A DNA stretch of 64,000 bases from contig CALXKJ010000007.1 of the NCBI GenBank assembly GCA_944388955.1, positions 57,671 to 121,670 of the forward strand, in the 5' to 3' direction. Positions 17,089-27,232 of the stretch are shown here, piece after piece (position 1 is the stretch's first letter; the number at the start of each line of letters is the position of its first letter). The notes under the pieces were generated by a model. The model saw only the letters and a list, made by a program, of their open reading frames with translations. It did not search any database and was not told the origin of the DNA. The position numbers and the translations under genes were made by a program. This stretch comes from an uncultured Spirochaetaceae bacterium (GTDB lineage Bacteria > Spirochaetota > Spirochaetia > Sphaerochaetales > Sphaerochaetaceae).

Positions 17089-19312
17089 TCGCTCTCACCT
17101 TCACAACCGGTTTCCTGCCAGGTTTTGCGAGCTTCACCTTATTCCTTATGAGGAAGCATTTGTGGATATTCATATCGTTCTTGAAATCCTCACCGATTGT
17201 CTTCTCCGTTATGTCCTCGACGATGAATCTATCAAGGATGCCCTCATCCATGCGGAAGCGGCGATAGTTCGTAGAGAAGATCAGGACTCCTCCTGGAGCA
17301 AGGTGCATGCATGCCGCTTTGATAAGTCTCCAGTGATCTCTCTGCACATCGAATGTATTCCGTCCCGTGCTGTTGGAGAATGTTGGAGGATCGCAGAATA
17401 TGAGGTCATACCTGTCATATGTCTCCCAGAGCCATGAGATGGCATCATCGCGATAGAAGAAATTCTCTATATCGGTGGGGTAGCCATTGATCTTCAGATT
17501 CTCTATAGCCCAGTCAAGGTAAGTCGAGGATGCGTCGACAGAGACTGTTGAGACAGCCCCGCCCTTGATTGCGTTGAGCGTGGCAGTTCCTGTGTAGCAG
17601 AAGAGATTCAGGAATCTCTTTCCTTCTGCCATTTCCTGAATCATCTTCCTTACAGGTCTGTGGTCGAGGAAGATTCCGGTGTCGAGATAATCCTGGAAGT
17701 TGACGAGAACCCTCAGCCCGTTCTCACGCACGATGTTGAATCTATTTGATGTCGCGAGGCGGTTGTACTGATTCTTGCCTTTCTGGCTCCTCCTTTCCTT
17801 GACGAATATGTTCTCGATATCTATGCCTGTCGCGCGCTCTGTAGCGTAGATGATTTCATTCAGTCTCTCCTCAGCTTTATCCTGATCGATGTAATCAGGG
17901 GCGGCATACTCCGAGAGATTTATCCATTTCCATTCATACACATCGATAGCCGCTGCGTATTCAGGGATATCTGCATCATAGATGCGATAGCATGTGACAC
18001 CTTCTTTCTCCATCTTGTCCTTGAGGCTCTCGATGTTCTTGAGAAGCTTTCTGTAGACAATCTCTGCACCCTCTGAGAGCGGGGTTGAGAGGCGGATGCG
18101 CTTCTTTTCCTTCGCTCTTTCCACCATCTCCGCTTTCTCTTCATCTGTGAAGATGATATAGTGCGCGGCCTGGCAGAGAATCGCACCATTGTAGAGCGTG
18201 TTCGTCCTGTCAGGTTTCATGTCTATATTCGAAAGCAGCTCGCTCGAGCCTGTGAGGATTGTTGCCCTCCAGCCTTTGAAGACACTCTGAAGCACATCGC
18301 CTATGCCGGAATAGAGTCTGTCTATATCCTCGACGCGCATACGCTCACCATATGGTGGATCGGTGACGATGAAGCCTTTCGGGGAAGGCGCATCGCCTTC
18401 CTTGAATGAGAGGAAATCCTTCACCGAGAAGTTTATCAGACCATCAACGCCAGCTTCTGCTGCAGCTTTCTCGGCAATGCGGATGGCTTTTCCGGAGATA
18501 TCTGAGGCGTAGATTGTTATATCACGCTCATCGATAGCCTTCGCTCTTCTCTCTTCAGCTTCCTTCCTGATTCTCTCCCATGCTTCACTGTCAAAGCATT
18601 GCAGTCTTTCGAATGCGAAAGGCTTTTTCCTTATAAGTCCCGGTGCTGTGTCAGAGGCCATGAGCGCCGCTTCTATAGCTATAGTCCCGGAGCCGCAGAA
18701 TGGATCAAGGAAAACTCCTGGCGTGCCGTCATTCACAGTCTTCTTCCACTCGCTTCGTGAGATGAGAGCCGCTGCAAGGTGCTCCTTGAGAAGCGCATCA
18801 GTCTGCTCATCCCTGTAGCCTCTCTGATGCAGTCCCTCTCCTGAGAAGTCGGCATACCAGATGACTGTCCTGTCATGGATGTGGACATGGATTGTTATAT
18901 CCGGGTCGTTGATATCTACATCGGGGCGGAGACCGTCATTCTTCTCCTTAAGATGGTCACATATAGCGTCTTTCACTTTCAGTGCGGCATAGTGGCTGTT
19001 GCGTACCCATTTGCATGCCTGTGTCGTGCATGTGACTTTTATTGTTGTCTCAGGGGTAATCCAGTCCTCCCAGGGAAGGGCGAGAGTCGATTCATAGAGC
19101 TCCTCGTCGCTTTCGGTATCCTCATCGATATAAAGTGCCATCAGAAGTCTCGAGGCTATTCTCGACTCCATGCAGAAACGCATACCTGTTTCCACTGAGC
19201 CCTCGAACTCAACTCCTGATGATGTCTGTCTGGCGTTCTCACCGCCTATTTTCCTTGCTTCATCCAGTACTAAGTCAGCCTGATTTGCTGCACATGCCGC
19301 GAAGAATATCAT
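17066..19312 (-). CDS. rlmL: Bifunctional 23S rRNA (guanine-N2/N7) methyltransferase RlmK/L
   Basis: 748 aa. N-terminal THUMP-like region, DPFCGSGT and VTDPPYGERM in the first methyltransferase domain, and CDPPTFS in the second. Confidence 0.85.
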   Translation of the reverse strand: MIFFAACAANQADLVLDEARKIGGENARQTSSGVEFEGSVETGMRFCMESRIASRLLMALYIDEDTESDEELYESTLALPWEDWITPETTIKVTCTTQACKWVRNSHYAALKVKDAICDHLKEKNDGLRPDVDINDPDITIHVHIHDRTVIWYADFSGEGLHQRGYRDEQTDALLKEHLAAALISRSEWKKTVNDGTPGVFLDPFCGSGTIAIEAALMASDTAPGLIRKKPFAFERLQCFDSEAWERIRKEAEERRAKAIDERDITIYASDISGKAIRIAEKAAAEAGVDGLINFSVKDFLSFKEGDAPSPKGFIVTDPPYGERMRVEDIDRLYSGIGDVLQSVFKGWRATILTGSSELLSNIDMKPDRTNTLYNGAILCQAAHYIIFTDEEKAEMVERAKEKKRIRLSTPLSEGAEIVYRKLLKNIESLKDKMEKEGVTCYRIYDADIPEYAAAIDVYEWKWINLSEYAAPDYIDQDKAEERLNEIIYATERATGIDIENIFVKERRSQKGKNQYNRLATSNRFNIVRENGLRVLVNFQDYLDTGIFLDHRPVRKMIQEMAEGKRFLNLFCYTGTATLNAIKGGAVSTVSVDASSTYLDWAIENLKINGYPTDIENFFYRDDAISWLWETYDRYDLIFCDPPTFSNSTGRNTFDVQRDHWRLIKAACMHLAPGGVLIFSTNYRRFRMDEGILDRFIVEDITEKTIGEDFKNDMNIHKCFLIRNKVKLAKPGRKPVVKVRANEEVSED

Positions 19313-20238
19313 TTTTCCTCCGTGAATATTCTCTCAATCTCATCTTTATCAAAGCCATAATCGGAGCCGCAGTTAAGGCACTCAAGCACGAGGGGGAACT
19401 CTCCCTCGAGTATGGCTTTCTTCTCATTTTCGGGAAGCCCCTTAAGGTATGTCGCGAAATGCTCCCTTGAGCAAGGGCACGAGAAACCAACAGGTGTATG
19501 TCCTATATGCTCTGGCTTCCATACATCGAATTCCTTCATTATATATTCCTCTGCGCTATTGCCTTCTGAGAGGAATAGTCCCATATTGCCAAGATTCCCA
19601 GCTTTATCCTGAAGCTCCTCAAGAAGGCTTTCAGGGCATCCCGGAAGCGCCTGTATGAAGATGCCGCCTGCGCCCCAGACCCTGCCTTTCTGGTCAAAAC
19701 GTATTGAGATATAGAAGAGGGAAGGTGTCTCGACTGAGCGTGTGTAGTAAAGCGCGAGATCTTTCGCTATATTGCCGTACTCAAGCATTATCTGGCCTGA
19801 TACAGGTGTCTTTGAGCCTTCAAGGATTTTTGTTACTGTCAGGAATCCAGGCCCGAATATCGGAGATGTGTCCAGGCTTTCAAGAGGCTTGTCGAGCGGG
19901 ATAGGGTTGTTTCTGAGAAATCCTCTGACCGCGCCGGAGGCCCAGGCTTCCACTGAGACTCCCTTCACTGGCCCTCCGCATTCTATATCAAGCTGTATTC
20001 TGTCATTGCCTTTGACCTCCGATGACAGCAACGCTCCCGCGATATAAGCCTGTCCAAGGATGTATGTCTCCAGCAGTCCTGTCCTGTGATTGGCTTTCAT
20101 CTTGTTCACCATATATGTGGCGGAGACTGCTGAAAGCCTTATCTTCCCATCAGAGAGAAGGAAAACCTCCCTTCCATCAGGTGGAAGAGAGGATATATGC
20201 TCTTCAAGATTCTTGTCGTCTATAGCTATGGAAATCAT
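19309..20238 (-). CDS. hslO: Hsp33 redox-regulated chaperone
   Basis: The C-terminal zinc centre CPCSREHF...CLNCGSDY (CxC...CxxC) is present, and the N-terminal domain length is typical. Confidence 0.85.
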   Translation of the reverse strand: MISIAIDDKNLEEHISSLPPDGREVFLLSDGKIRLSAVSATYMVNKMKANHRTGLLETYILGQAYIAGALLSSEVKGNDRIQLDIECGGPVKGVSVEAWASGAVRGFLRNNPIPLDKPLESLDTSPIFGPGFLTVTKILEGSKTPVSGQIMLEYGNIAKDLALYYTRSVETPSLFYISIRFDQKGRVWGAGGIFIQALPGCPESLLEELQDKAGNLGNMGLFLSEGNSAEEYIMKEFDVWKPEHIGHTPVGFSCPCSREHFATYLKGLPENEKKAILEGEFPLVLECLNCGSDYGFDKDEIERIFTEEK

Positions 20239-20247
20239 GGCTATAGA

Positions 20248-22221
20248 TTATTTGACAGTATGCTTTTCTGCAAGTGCCGCGAACTCGTCTCCTTCTATGA
20301 CTTCCTTCTCAAGAAGACGGGTTGCGATTGTCTCCAGCGCGTCCCTGTTCTTTCTGAGGTTTTCAACGACTTTGCTGTAGCGCTCTGAGAGGATACGCTC
20401 TGTCTCGCTGTCGATATATTCCTGCGCAGCTTCCGAGTATTCACGGCCTCCGTTCACGCCTTCTATGCCGCTCTGTGTCTTCGGAAGCGTCATGTTGCGG
20501 TATTTTTCCGACATTCCGTATTCCGTGATCATCTGCCTAACGGTATCTGAAGCACGGGATATATCATTGCTTGCGCCTGTCGAGATGTCCCCGAAGATTA
20601 CTTCCTCTGCCGCTCTTCCGCCAAGCATGACATCAACAGAGCCGAGAAGCTCATTTTCGGAAAGGAGGAATCTGTCCTCTGTTGGATACTGCAAAGTATA
20701 ACCAAGTGCCCCGAAGCCTCTGGGGATTATCGATATTTTCGATACAGGCGATGAGCCTGGCGTGAGATATGCCGTGAGCGCATGTCCTGTCTCATGGTAC
20801 GCGACTCTCTTTCTCTCCGCTTCGCTGAGCACTCTGCTCTTTCTCTCGAGACCAGCGATGGATTTCTCGATAGCCTCCTCGAAGTCAGCCTGCGATATGC
20901 TCTCTCTTCCATTGCGTACAGCCTGGAGCGCGGCTTCATTCGCTATATTCGCAAGATCTGCACCTGCAAGTCCCGCTGAAGCCTGTGCGATTTTCCTCAG
21001 ATCGACATCTTCTCCGAGCTTCATGCCCTTCGTGTGGATTTTCAGTATCGCCTCTCTTCCATCGAGGTCCGGCTTATCTACAAGAACCTGCCTGTCGAAT
21101 CTGCCTGGACGGAGAAGGGCGGGATCGAGTACCTCAGCCCTGTTTGTGGCGCCAAGGATTATCACACCGGTTCTTGAGTCGAAACCATCCATCTCGACAA
21201 GAAGCTGATTGAGAGTCTGCTCGCGCTCATCGTTGCCACCAACAGCGGCATCAGAGCGTTTTCTGCCTATCGCATCGATTTCATCTATGAATATGATGCA
21301 TGGGCTTTTTTCCCTTGCCTGCCGGAAGAGGTCACGGACTCTCGCCGCTCCCACGCCGACGAACATCTCCACGAAATCCGCACCGCTCATGCGGAAAAAT
21401 GGTACACCGGCTTCTCCCGCGACAGCTTTCGCCAGAAGTGTCTTACCCGTTCCCGGAGGTCCTACAAGAAGGACTCCCTTCGGGATTTTCGCGCCCATCT
21501 GGGTGTATTTCTCAGGATTCTTGAGGAAATCCACGACTTCCACAAGCTCGGCTTTTGCCTCGTCCTCGCCAGCGACATCGCTGAATCTGACTCCGGTGTT
21601 CTCCTCAGCCACAAGTTTCTTGCTGTTCTGGCTGAATGACATTACGCCTTGAGCCCCGCCTGTGAGTTTTCTCGACATCCACCAGTAGATGACCATGAAG
21701 ATGATGACAGGGAGTATCATCGACAGAAGATAGCTGAACACCGATGGCTCTGCCGGCTCTGTCGCGTAATACTCGACATTCATCTCGTCAAGAAGCGGCA
21801 CGAATGATGGATCGTCAATCATATATGTCTGGTACGCGGTTATGGCAGATGTGTCGATGGAAGCTGGGATGCGCCGTTCTGAGGCTATGCTTCTCAGTGT
21901 CGATACCGCATCGGCTTTCGTCATGCCGTAGCCTATGTACTGGTCACCATCGAAGGCCACCTGCACGATTTTCCCGTCGCTTATAAGCGATTTGAATGTG
22001 CTGTAGTCAACGCTGATAGCTTCGTTGAGCGTGTGTGACAGCATTACATTGTTGAGGATTATTATCAGGATGATGGCAATGATGAAATACCAGATGGAGA
22101 ATGTGAATTTCTTCCTGGTGTTGCTTGACTTGTTATCATTCTGCAGTCCCGGCTGCTCTTTCTGCGTTTTCTTATGATCCTTGGCATTGCTTTCAAGAAT
22201 CTCGTTTTTTTCTTCACTCAT
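20248..22221 (-). CDS. ftsH: ATP-dependent zinc metalloprotease FtsH
   Basis: [13 protein letters not shown] Walker A, IIFIDEID Walker B, SRH PGRFDR and the zinc site HETGHAL. Start taken at ATG 22221 (MSEEKNE). The ORF extension to 22491 overlaps the divergent kinase gene and looks spurious. Confidence 0.9.
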   Translation of the reverse strand: MSEEKNEILESNAKDHKKTQKEQPGLQNDNKSSNTRKKFTFSIWYFIIAIILIIILNNVMLSHTLNEAISVDYSTFKSLISDGKIVQVAFDGDQYIGYGMTKADAVSTLRSIASERRIPASIDTSAITAYQTYMIDDPSFVPLLDEMNVEYYATEPAEPSVFSYLLSMILPVIIFMVIYWWMSRKLTGGAQGVMSFSQNSKKLVAEENTGVRFSDVAGEDEAKAELVEVVDFLKNPEKYTQMGAKIPKGVLLVGPPGTGKTLLAKAVAGEAGVPFFRMSGADFVEMFVGVGAARVRDLFRQAREKSPCIIFIDEIDAIGRKRSDAAVGGNDEREQTLNQLLVEMDGFDSRTGVIILGATNRAEVLDPALLRPGRFDRQVLVDKPDLDGREAILKIHTKGMKLGEDVDLRKIAQASAGLAGADLANIANEAALQAVRNGRESISQADFEEAIEKSIAGLERKSRVLSEAERKRVAYHETGHALTAYLTPGSSPVSKISIIPRGFGALGYTLQYPTEDRFLLSENELLGSVDVMLGGRAAEEVIFGDISTGASNDISRASDTVRQMITEYGMSEKYRNMTLPKTQSGIEGVNGGREYSEAAQEYIDSETERILSERYSKVVENLRKNRDALETIATRLLEKEVIEGDEFAALAEKHTVK

Positions 22222-22296
22222 AATCCAGAATATCATCATGCAGATGTAAAAAGGAAATAGCACAATTGTGTAGTCTTTGTGTGTTATCATAGCTGT

Positions 22297-23583
22297 ATGA
22301 AAAAACGGGACTATAAATGGACTGCCGAGAAGAAAGAAGCCTGGATTTCTGTCAGTATCGTGACAGTCTTCTTTCTTGCGAGCCTTGTCCTTATAGGCTT
22401 CATGTCCTATCTCATAGTCTCTTCGGAAAGCCTTCGTCTGGAGAATTCCGTCGAGAGGGCTTTCAATGATGTCACATGGGCGCTTCAGCAAGGGGAGGAG
22501 TCAATCCCTGAGACCATGCAGAACCGTGATGTGCTTGGCTTCGGGTATTATACCCCGGCTGGTAATCCTATATATCTCTGGGGAGATGCATATATGCGAT
22601 TGCCATTCTCCCTCTTTGATGACAATTCATCTCTTTCCGATACGCTCATATCCATAAATAGGGATTCAGGGCGCATAGAATGCATGCGCTACGCTGAGCT
22701 TATCTCATTCAATCCTGATAATCTCCTTTCTGGGAAAGGCAAGGATATGCTTGATTTCCCAGATGTGATCTATCTTGCGTTTGATGCATCCGCGTTTATT
22801 GAGAGGATAACTTTCACTCGTGCCGTGTCTGTAATCGTGGTGCTTGTCATCATCGCGTGTTATTTCATCGTTCTCTGGGTGCTTGGAAAGAACAGACAAT
22901 ACAGGAATGCGCTCAGGCAGCAGGAAAGCCTTGTGAGCCTTGGCGAGGCCGCAAGAACACTCACGCATGAGATAAAGAATCCGCTCTCCGCGATAAGACT
23001 GGAGCTTGCGATACTCAAGCGCTCAGTCACAGGTCCCGTCCTCGATGATGTTCTTGTCATCGATCATGAGACGGAGCGGCTGACAAAGCTTACAGACAGA
23101 GTCTCGGAATTCCTGCATAATCCTCTTGGGCATCCTGAGGTGGTCGACCTTGTCGAGGCTCTCAGGGAGCTTGTCCCTCTTTTCCACGGTGATGTGAAAT
23201 GGCTGGAGCCAAAATTCCGTATAGCTCCTGTCTATTTTGATAAGGAGAAGCTACGCTCCGTGCTGGAGAACCTGATGAAGAATGCTATCGAGTCGTGCGA
23301 GGGAATGGAGAAAACAGATGTGGAGGCTGAGGTTATAGCGGATAAGGAAGGCTTCTATCATGTATATGTAAGGGATCGCGGCTGCGGTGTAAGCAAGAAG
23401 GATGAGAAGAGAATCTTCGATCCCTTCTTCACAACCAAGGTGCACGGCTCTGGAATCGGGCTGTCGATAACCTCGAAATTCGTTACCGCTGCTGGTGGCT
23501 CTATAAGGCTGTATCCGCGTCAGGGAGGGGGAACAGTCGCTGATGTGAGAATTCCTGTTTATGGACGGAAGGATGTTCGATGA
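22297..23583 (+). CDS. Sensor histidine kinase (NtrB/AtoS-like) with two TM segments flanking a ~150-aa extracytoplasmic domain
   Basis: H-box LTHEIKNPLSAI, N-box LMKNAIES, G-boxes DRGCGV and GSGIGLS. ATG 22297 (MKKRDYK) is preferred over GTG 22279. Confidence 0.85.
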   Translation: MKKRDYKWTAEKKEAWISVSIVTVFFLASLVLIGFMSYLIVSSESLRLENSVERAFNDVTWALQQGEESIPETMQNRDVLGFGYYTPAGNPIYLWGDAYMRLPFSLFDDNSSLSDTLISINRDSGRIECMRYAELISFNPDNLLSGKGKDMLDFPDVIYLAFDASAFIERITFTRAVSVIVVLVIIACYFIVLWVLGKNRQYRNALRQQESLVSLGEAARTLTHEIKNPLSAIRLELAILKRSVTGPVLDDVLVIDHETERLTKLTDRVSEFLHNPLGHPEVVDLVEALRELVPLFHGDVKWLEPKFRIAPVYFDKEKLRSVLENLMKNAIESCEGMEKTDVEAEVIADKEGFYHVYVRDRGCGVSKKDEKRIFDPFFTTKVHGSGIGLSITSKFVTAAGGSIRLYPRQGGGTVADVRIPVYGRKDVR

Positions 23584-24914
23584 AAGTACTTATATGCGAT
23601 GATGAAGAGAATATCAGAAACCTGATGAAACGCTTTCTTGCTCTTGAAGGCGTTGAGGCTGATACAGCTGAAAATGGCCTGTCCGCGGAGAGGATGCTCC
23701 GCGCTTCTGTCTATGATGCCGCGCTTCTTGATCTGAAGATGCCAGGCCTCGACGGTCTGGGACTCCTTAAGTGGATACGGCAGGAAGGCTTCCGCATGCC
23801 TGTGATCATGATCAGCGCGCATGGGGATGTCACGGATGCGGTGGAGGCGCTTAAGAATGGCGCTGATGACTATATCGTGAAACCTTTCGACCCTGAGGAG
23901 GTTGTCATAAAGCTTAAAAGCCTGGTAGATGCGGCTTCTCTGAAATCCATAGTCGAAGGCTCGGCTGCGGGAGGAAGCTTCATAGGCGAGAGCATGGCCA
24001 TGCAGGATATAAGGCGCATCATACAGAAAATCGCACCTACAGCTGCCACTGTGCTCATCACAGGCGAATCAGGGACTGGAAAGGAAGTCGTCGCGAGGGA
24101 AATCCATAAGTGCTCTTCAGTCAAGGACGGGCCTTTCATCGCAATCAATATCGGAGGTGTTCCTGAGAATCTTCTCGAGTCGGAGCTCTTCGGCTATGAA
24201 AAGGGTGCTTTTACAGGAGCTTCGCAGCGTAAGACAGGTCTGTTTGAGCTCGCTTCAGGCGGAACTCTTTTTCTGGATGAAATCGGTGATATGCCACTTT
24301 CCCTTCAGGTGAAGATACTCCGTGTCCTGCAGGAGAAGAAGATAACGAGACTCGGTGGGACTGAGCCGATGCCGATTAACGCGCGCATCATTGCGGCTAC
24401 AAACAAGAATCTGGAGAAGATGGTCGGCGAGGGACGTTTCAGGGAGGATCTTTTCTATCGTCTGAATGTGGTGAGAATCCATATACCACCTCTCCGTGAA
24501 CGCCGTTCTGATATACCTGTGCTTGCGGCATATATAATCGCGAGATACGGCAAGGAGATGGGACTTCATATCACGGGTTTCACGCCGGAAGCTCTCGAGA
24601 TGCTCAAGAATCATGATTTCTATGGTAATGTGCGGGAACTTGAGAATATCATCGAGCGCGCCATGATCTTCGCCGATTCCGAGCTTATCGGGACAGGTGA
24701 TCTTGACTTGCGCTCAAGTCTGCAGCGGAAGACAGCGCCCTCTCTTGTACCTGATGTGGAAGCCCTCTCCCTCCGCGATATGGAAAGGAATGCGATAATC
24801 CGTGCCTTGCAGCGATGGGAAGGCAACAGAACGAGAGCCGCTGATGAGCTTGGGATATCGAGAAGGACGCTTATAAACAAGATTCAGGAATACGGAATTG
24901 GAAAAGATTCCTGA
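23580..24914 (+). CDS. Sigma54-dependent response regulator (NtrC family enhancer-binding protein)
   Basis: Receiver domain (LLDLKMPGLDG), AAA+ GESGTGKE, the sigma54-contact loop GAFTGA, and a C-terminal Fis-type HTH ISRRTLINKI. Confidence 0.9.
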   Translation: MKVLICDDEENIRNLMKRFLALEGVEADTAENGLSAERMLRASVYDAALLDLKMPGLDGLGLLKWIRQEGFRMPVIMISAHGDVTDAVEALKNGADDYIVKPFDPEEVVIKLKSLVDAASLKSIVEGSAAGGSFIGESMAMQDIRRIIQKIAPTAATVLITGESGTGKEVVAREIHKCSSVKDGPFIAINIGGVPENLLESELFGYEKGAFTGASQRKTGLFELASGGTLFLDEIGDMPLSLQVKILRVLQEKKITRLGGTEPMPINARIIAATNKNLEKMVGEGRFREDLFYRLNVVRIHIPPLRERRSDIPVLAAYIIARYGKEMGLHITGFTPEALEMLKNHDFYGNVRELENIIERAMIFADSELIGTGDLDLRSSLQRKTAPSLVPDVEALSLRDMERNAIIRALQRWEGNRTRAADELGISRRTLINKIQEYGIGKDS

Positions 24915-24947
24915 TGTGGCTAGAATCGTAGCAAAGGAGTTTTCGGT

Positions 24948-25889
24948 ATGAAAAGATTTCTTCTTATGCTCATGTTTCTTCTCTCGCTTTCTCTTCTTGC
25001 GGCAGGGACTGTGAATGTCGCCGCTCTTCGCGGGCCAACAGCAATGGGGCTTGTGAAGCTGATGGAAGAGAGCGGGAATGGACTTACAGATAATGATTAT
25101 TCGTTCACGCTTGAAGGCGCGCCAGATGCGATAGTCCCGCTTATCGTTAAAGGTGATGTCGATGCTGCTGCAATCCCCGGCAATCTCGCATCCGTGCTTT
25201 ATAACAACACCAAGGGCAAGATAGAGGTCATAGCAATCAACACGCTCGGTGTCCTCTATATTGTAGAGAATGGTGATTCAATCCATAGCATCGATGACCT
25301 CAGAGGCCGCACGATATATTCAGCCGGGAAAGGCTCAACGCCTGAATATGCTCTTATGTACATTCTCCAGTCAAACGGCCTTGAGGTAGGCAAGGATGTC
25401 TTCATTGAATGGAAGAGCGAGCATGCCGAGTGCGTTGCAGCGCTTTCATCCGATGCTTCCGGATGCGCTATGCTTCCTCAGCCGTTCGCAGCTACAGCGA
25501 TGATGCAGAACGGGAATATAAGAATAGCGCTCGATCTCAATGATCTATGGGAAGCCGAGACAGGCACTGTCCTCATAACGGGCGTCACAGTCGTCAGAAA
25601 GGATTTCGCTGAAAGCAGTCCAGATGCTCTCAGAGCTTTTATGGATGATTACGCTTCATCGGCAGCATACGCAGTCTCTGATGTTCCTAGAGCTGCTGCC
25701 CTGATAGGTAAATATGGCATAGTCCCCGAGAAAGCCGCGCTGAAAGCACTGCCATATTGCAGTATTTCCTTCATAACAGGGGATGAGATGAAGAAGGCTC
25801 TCTCTACATATCTCTCGATACTCTTCGAGGCGAACCCGAAGAGCGTAGGTGGCGCGCTTCCTGACGATGGCTTCTACTATACGGAATAG
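24948..25889 (+). CDS. ABC transporter substrate-binding protein (NMT1/THI5-like, NitT/TauT type)
   Basis: Has a signal peptide and is 313 aa. It is followed by a cognate permease and ATPase. Substrate unknown. Confidence 0.65.
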   Translation: MKRFLLMLMFLLSLSLLAAGTVNVAALRGPTAMGLVKLMEESGNGLTDNDYSFTLEGAPDAIVPLIVKGDVDAAAIPGNLASVLYNNTKGKIEVIAINTLGVLYIVENGDSIHSIDDLRGRTIYSAGKGSTPEYALMYILQSNGLEVGKDVFIEWKSEHAECVAALSSDASGCAMLPQPFAATAMMQNGNIRIALDLNDLWEAETGTVLITGVTVVRKDFAESSPDALRAFMDDYASSAAYAVSDVPRAAALIGKYGIVPEKAALKALPYCSISFITGDEMKKALSTYLSILFEANPKSVGGALPDDGFYYTE

Positions 25890-26622
25890 GGCGACAAAAG
25901 CCGCGGCAATAGCTTTCTGGCTTATAGTATGGGAGGTGTCTTCTCTTCTTATAGGAGAGGAGATATTCCTCCCGTCTCCGCTCTCTGTCATAAGAGCGCT
26001 GAGCGTCTCCATGGCAGAAGTTTCATTCTGGGAGGCAATCCTTTTCACGCTCTCCCGCATTATTCTCGGATTTGTTTCAGCGCTTGTCTCCGCGCTTCTT
26101 CTTTCAGCCATGAGCTTCCGATGGAAATGGCTCGGTATTCTTCTCGATCCGGCTCTGAAGATTGTCAGGGCAACGCCTGTTGCATCTATTGTGATCCTCA
26201 TACTTGTATGGGTGAGAAGCAGGAATCTCTCTGTCATCATCTCATTCATGATGGTTTTCCCTGTGGTTTATCAGAATATACTCAGTGGGCTAAGAGATAC
26301 GGATCACGGCATTCTCGAGATGGCTGAGGTATATAAGATAAAGCTTCCGAAACGTATCAGATATATATATCTTCCCCATCTTGTTCCCTACATCGAGAGC
26401 GCGATAAGCACCTCCCTTGGGCTTGCATGGAAGAGCGGCATCGCTGCCGAGGTCATCGGGCTTCCCGATGGCTCGATAGGGGAGCGTGTCTATGAGGCAA
26501 AGATTTATCTCTCGATGCCTGATCTCTTTGCTATGACGCTTACTGTCATTATCCTCGCGTTTCTCTTTGAGCGTGTTTTCCTTGCGCTTTCGCACTCTCT
26601 GCTGAGGAGGGCCTTCAGATGA
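25849..26622 (+). CDS. ABC transporter permease (NitT/TauT family)
   Basis: 257 aa, 6 TM segments, EAA-like loop ILEMAEVYKIKLPKRIRYIYLPHLVP. An alternative start is ATG 25867. Confidence 0.8.
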   Translation: MARFLTMASTIRNRATKAAAIAFWLIVWEVSSLLIGEEIFLPSPLSVIRALSVSMAEVSFWEAILFTLSRIILGFVSALVSALLLSAMSFRWKWLGILLDPALKIVRATPVASIVILILVWVRSRNLSVIISFMMVFPVVYQNILSGLRDTDHGILEMAEVYKIKLPKRIRYIYLPHLVPYIESAISTSLGLAWKSGIAAEVIGLPDGSIGERVYEAKIYLSMPDLFAMTLTVIILAFLFERVFLALSHSLLRRAFR

Positions 26623-27176
26623 AAGCTGTTATCAACAATAAGGCCTTTGGCGATAAAACCATATTCAATAATCGTGTATTTCACATCCCTGATGGGATGA
26701 CAACCGCGATTCTCGGTCCGTCAGGAAGAGGTAAGACAACGCTTCTCCGCATCCTTTCCGGACTTGATAAGGATTACGATGGCTGCATTGAAGGTTTGCC
26801 GGAAGCTCCAGCGATTCTCTTCCAGGAGGACAGGCTCCTTGAGCGCCTTACTGTGCTGTCGAATCTGATGGCTGTCACGAATGATAGGAATAAAGCCCTT
26901 GAAGCGCTGAAGAGCATAGGACTCAGCGGTGAAGAAGGACATTACATACATGAGCTTTCCGGAGGGATGAGACGCCGTGTGGCGATTTCCCGTCTTCTGC
27001 TCTTTCCCGGCGATGCTGTTTTTCTCGATGAGCCATTCCGAGGGCTTGATGATGAGAGCGCGGCGGTGTGCGCTAGCGTGATAAAGCAGTATGCGGAGGG
27101 AAAGACTCTTCTCTTCATCACGCATAATGAGCACGATCTGGAGCTTCTCTCCCCTGATAAGACAATAGCACTCTGA
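26619..27176 (+). CDS. ABC transporter ATP-binding protein (short, 185 aa)
   Basis: Walker A GPSGRGKTT, signature LSGGMRRR, Walker B VFLDEP and H-loop ITHN. It ends about 20 aa after the H-loop. Confidence 0.8.
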   Translation: MKAVINNKAFGDKTIFNNRVFHIPDGMTTAILGPSGRGKTTLLRILSGLDKDYDGCIEGLPEAPAILFQEDRLLERLTVLSNLMAVTNDRNKALEALKSIGLSGEEGHYIHELSGGMRRRVAISRLLLFPGDAVFLDEPFRGLDDESAAVCASVIKQYAEGKTLLFITHNEHDLELLSPDKTIAL

Positions 27177-27232
27177 GGCTTCAGTTGACTGTCTCCGAGT
27201 ATTGGGTCATTATTGCTCCGTGAGGTGTATTC

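Noticed and set aside
20762-21652. Two ~148-aa plus-strand ORFs inside ftsH, and the 25656-26249 minus-strand ORF across the ABC genes
   Set aside because: They lie opposite strongly motif-supported genes. Their translations are Ser/Arg/Pro-rich, which is typical of antisense frames.
22222-22491. 90-aa N-terminal extension of the ftsH ORF
   Set aside because: It overlaps the divergent kinase gene and its promoter. The extension has no FtsH homology, and ATG 22221 gives a normal FtsH N-terminus.
24917-24933. Sigma54-like element TGGCTAGAATCGTAGCA between the enhancer-binding regulator gene and the ABC transporter genes
   Set aside because: The GG-to-GC spacing is 13 rather than 12. The -12 region lacks TTGC. 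The element sits ~15 nt from the start codon, so the TSS would fall inside the RBS.
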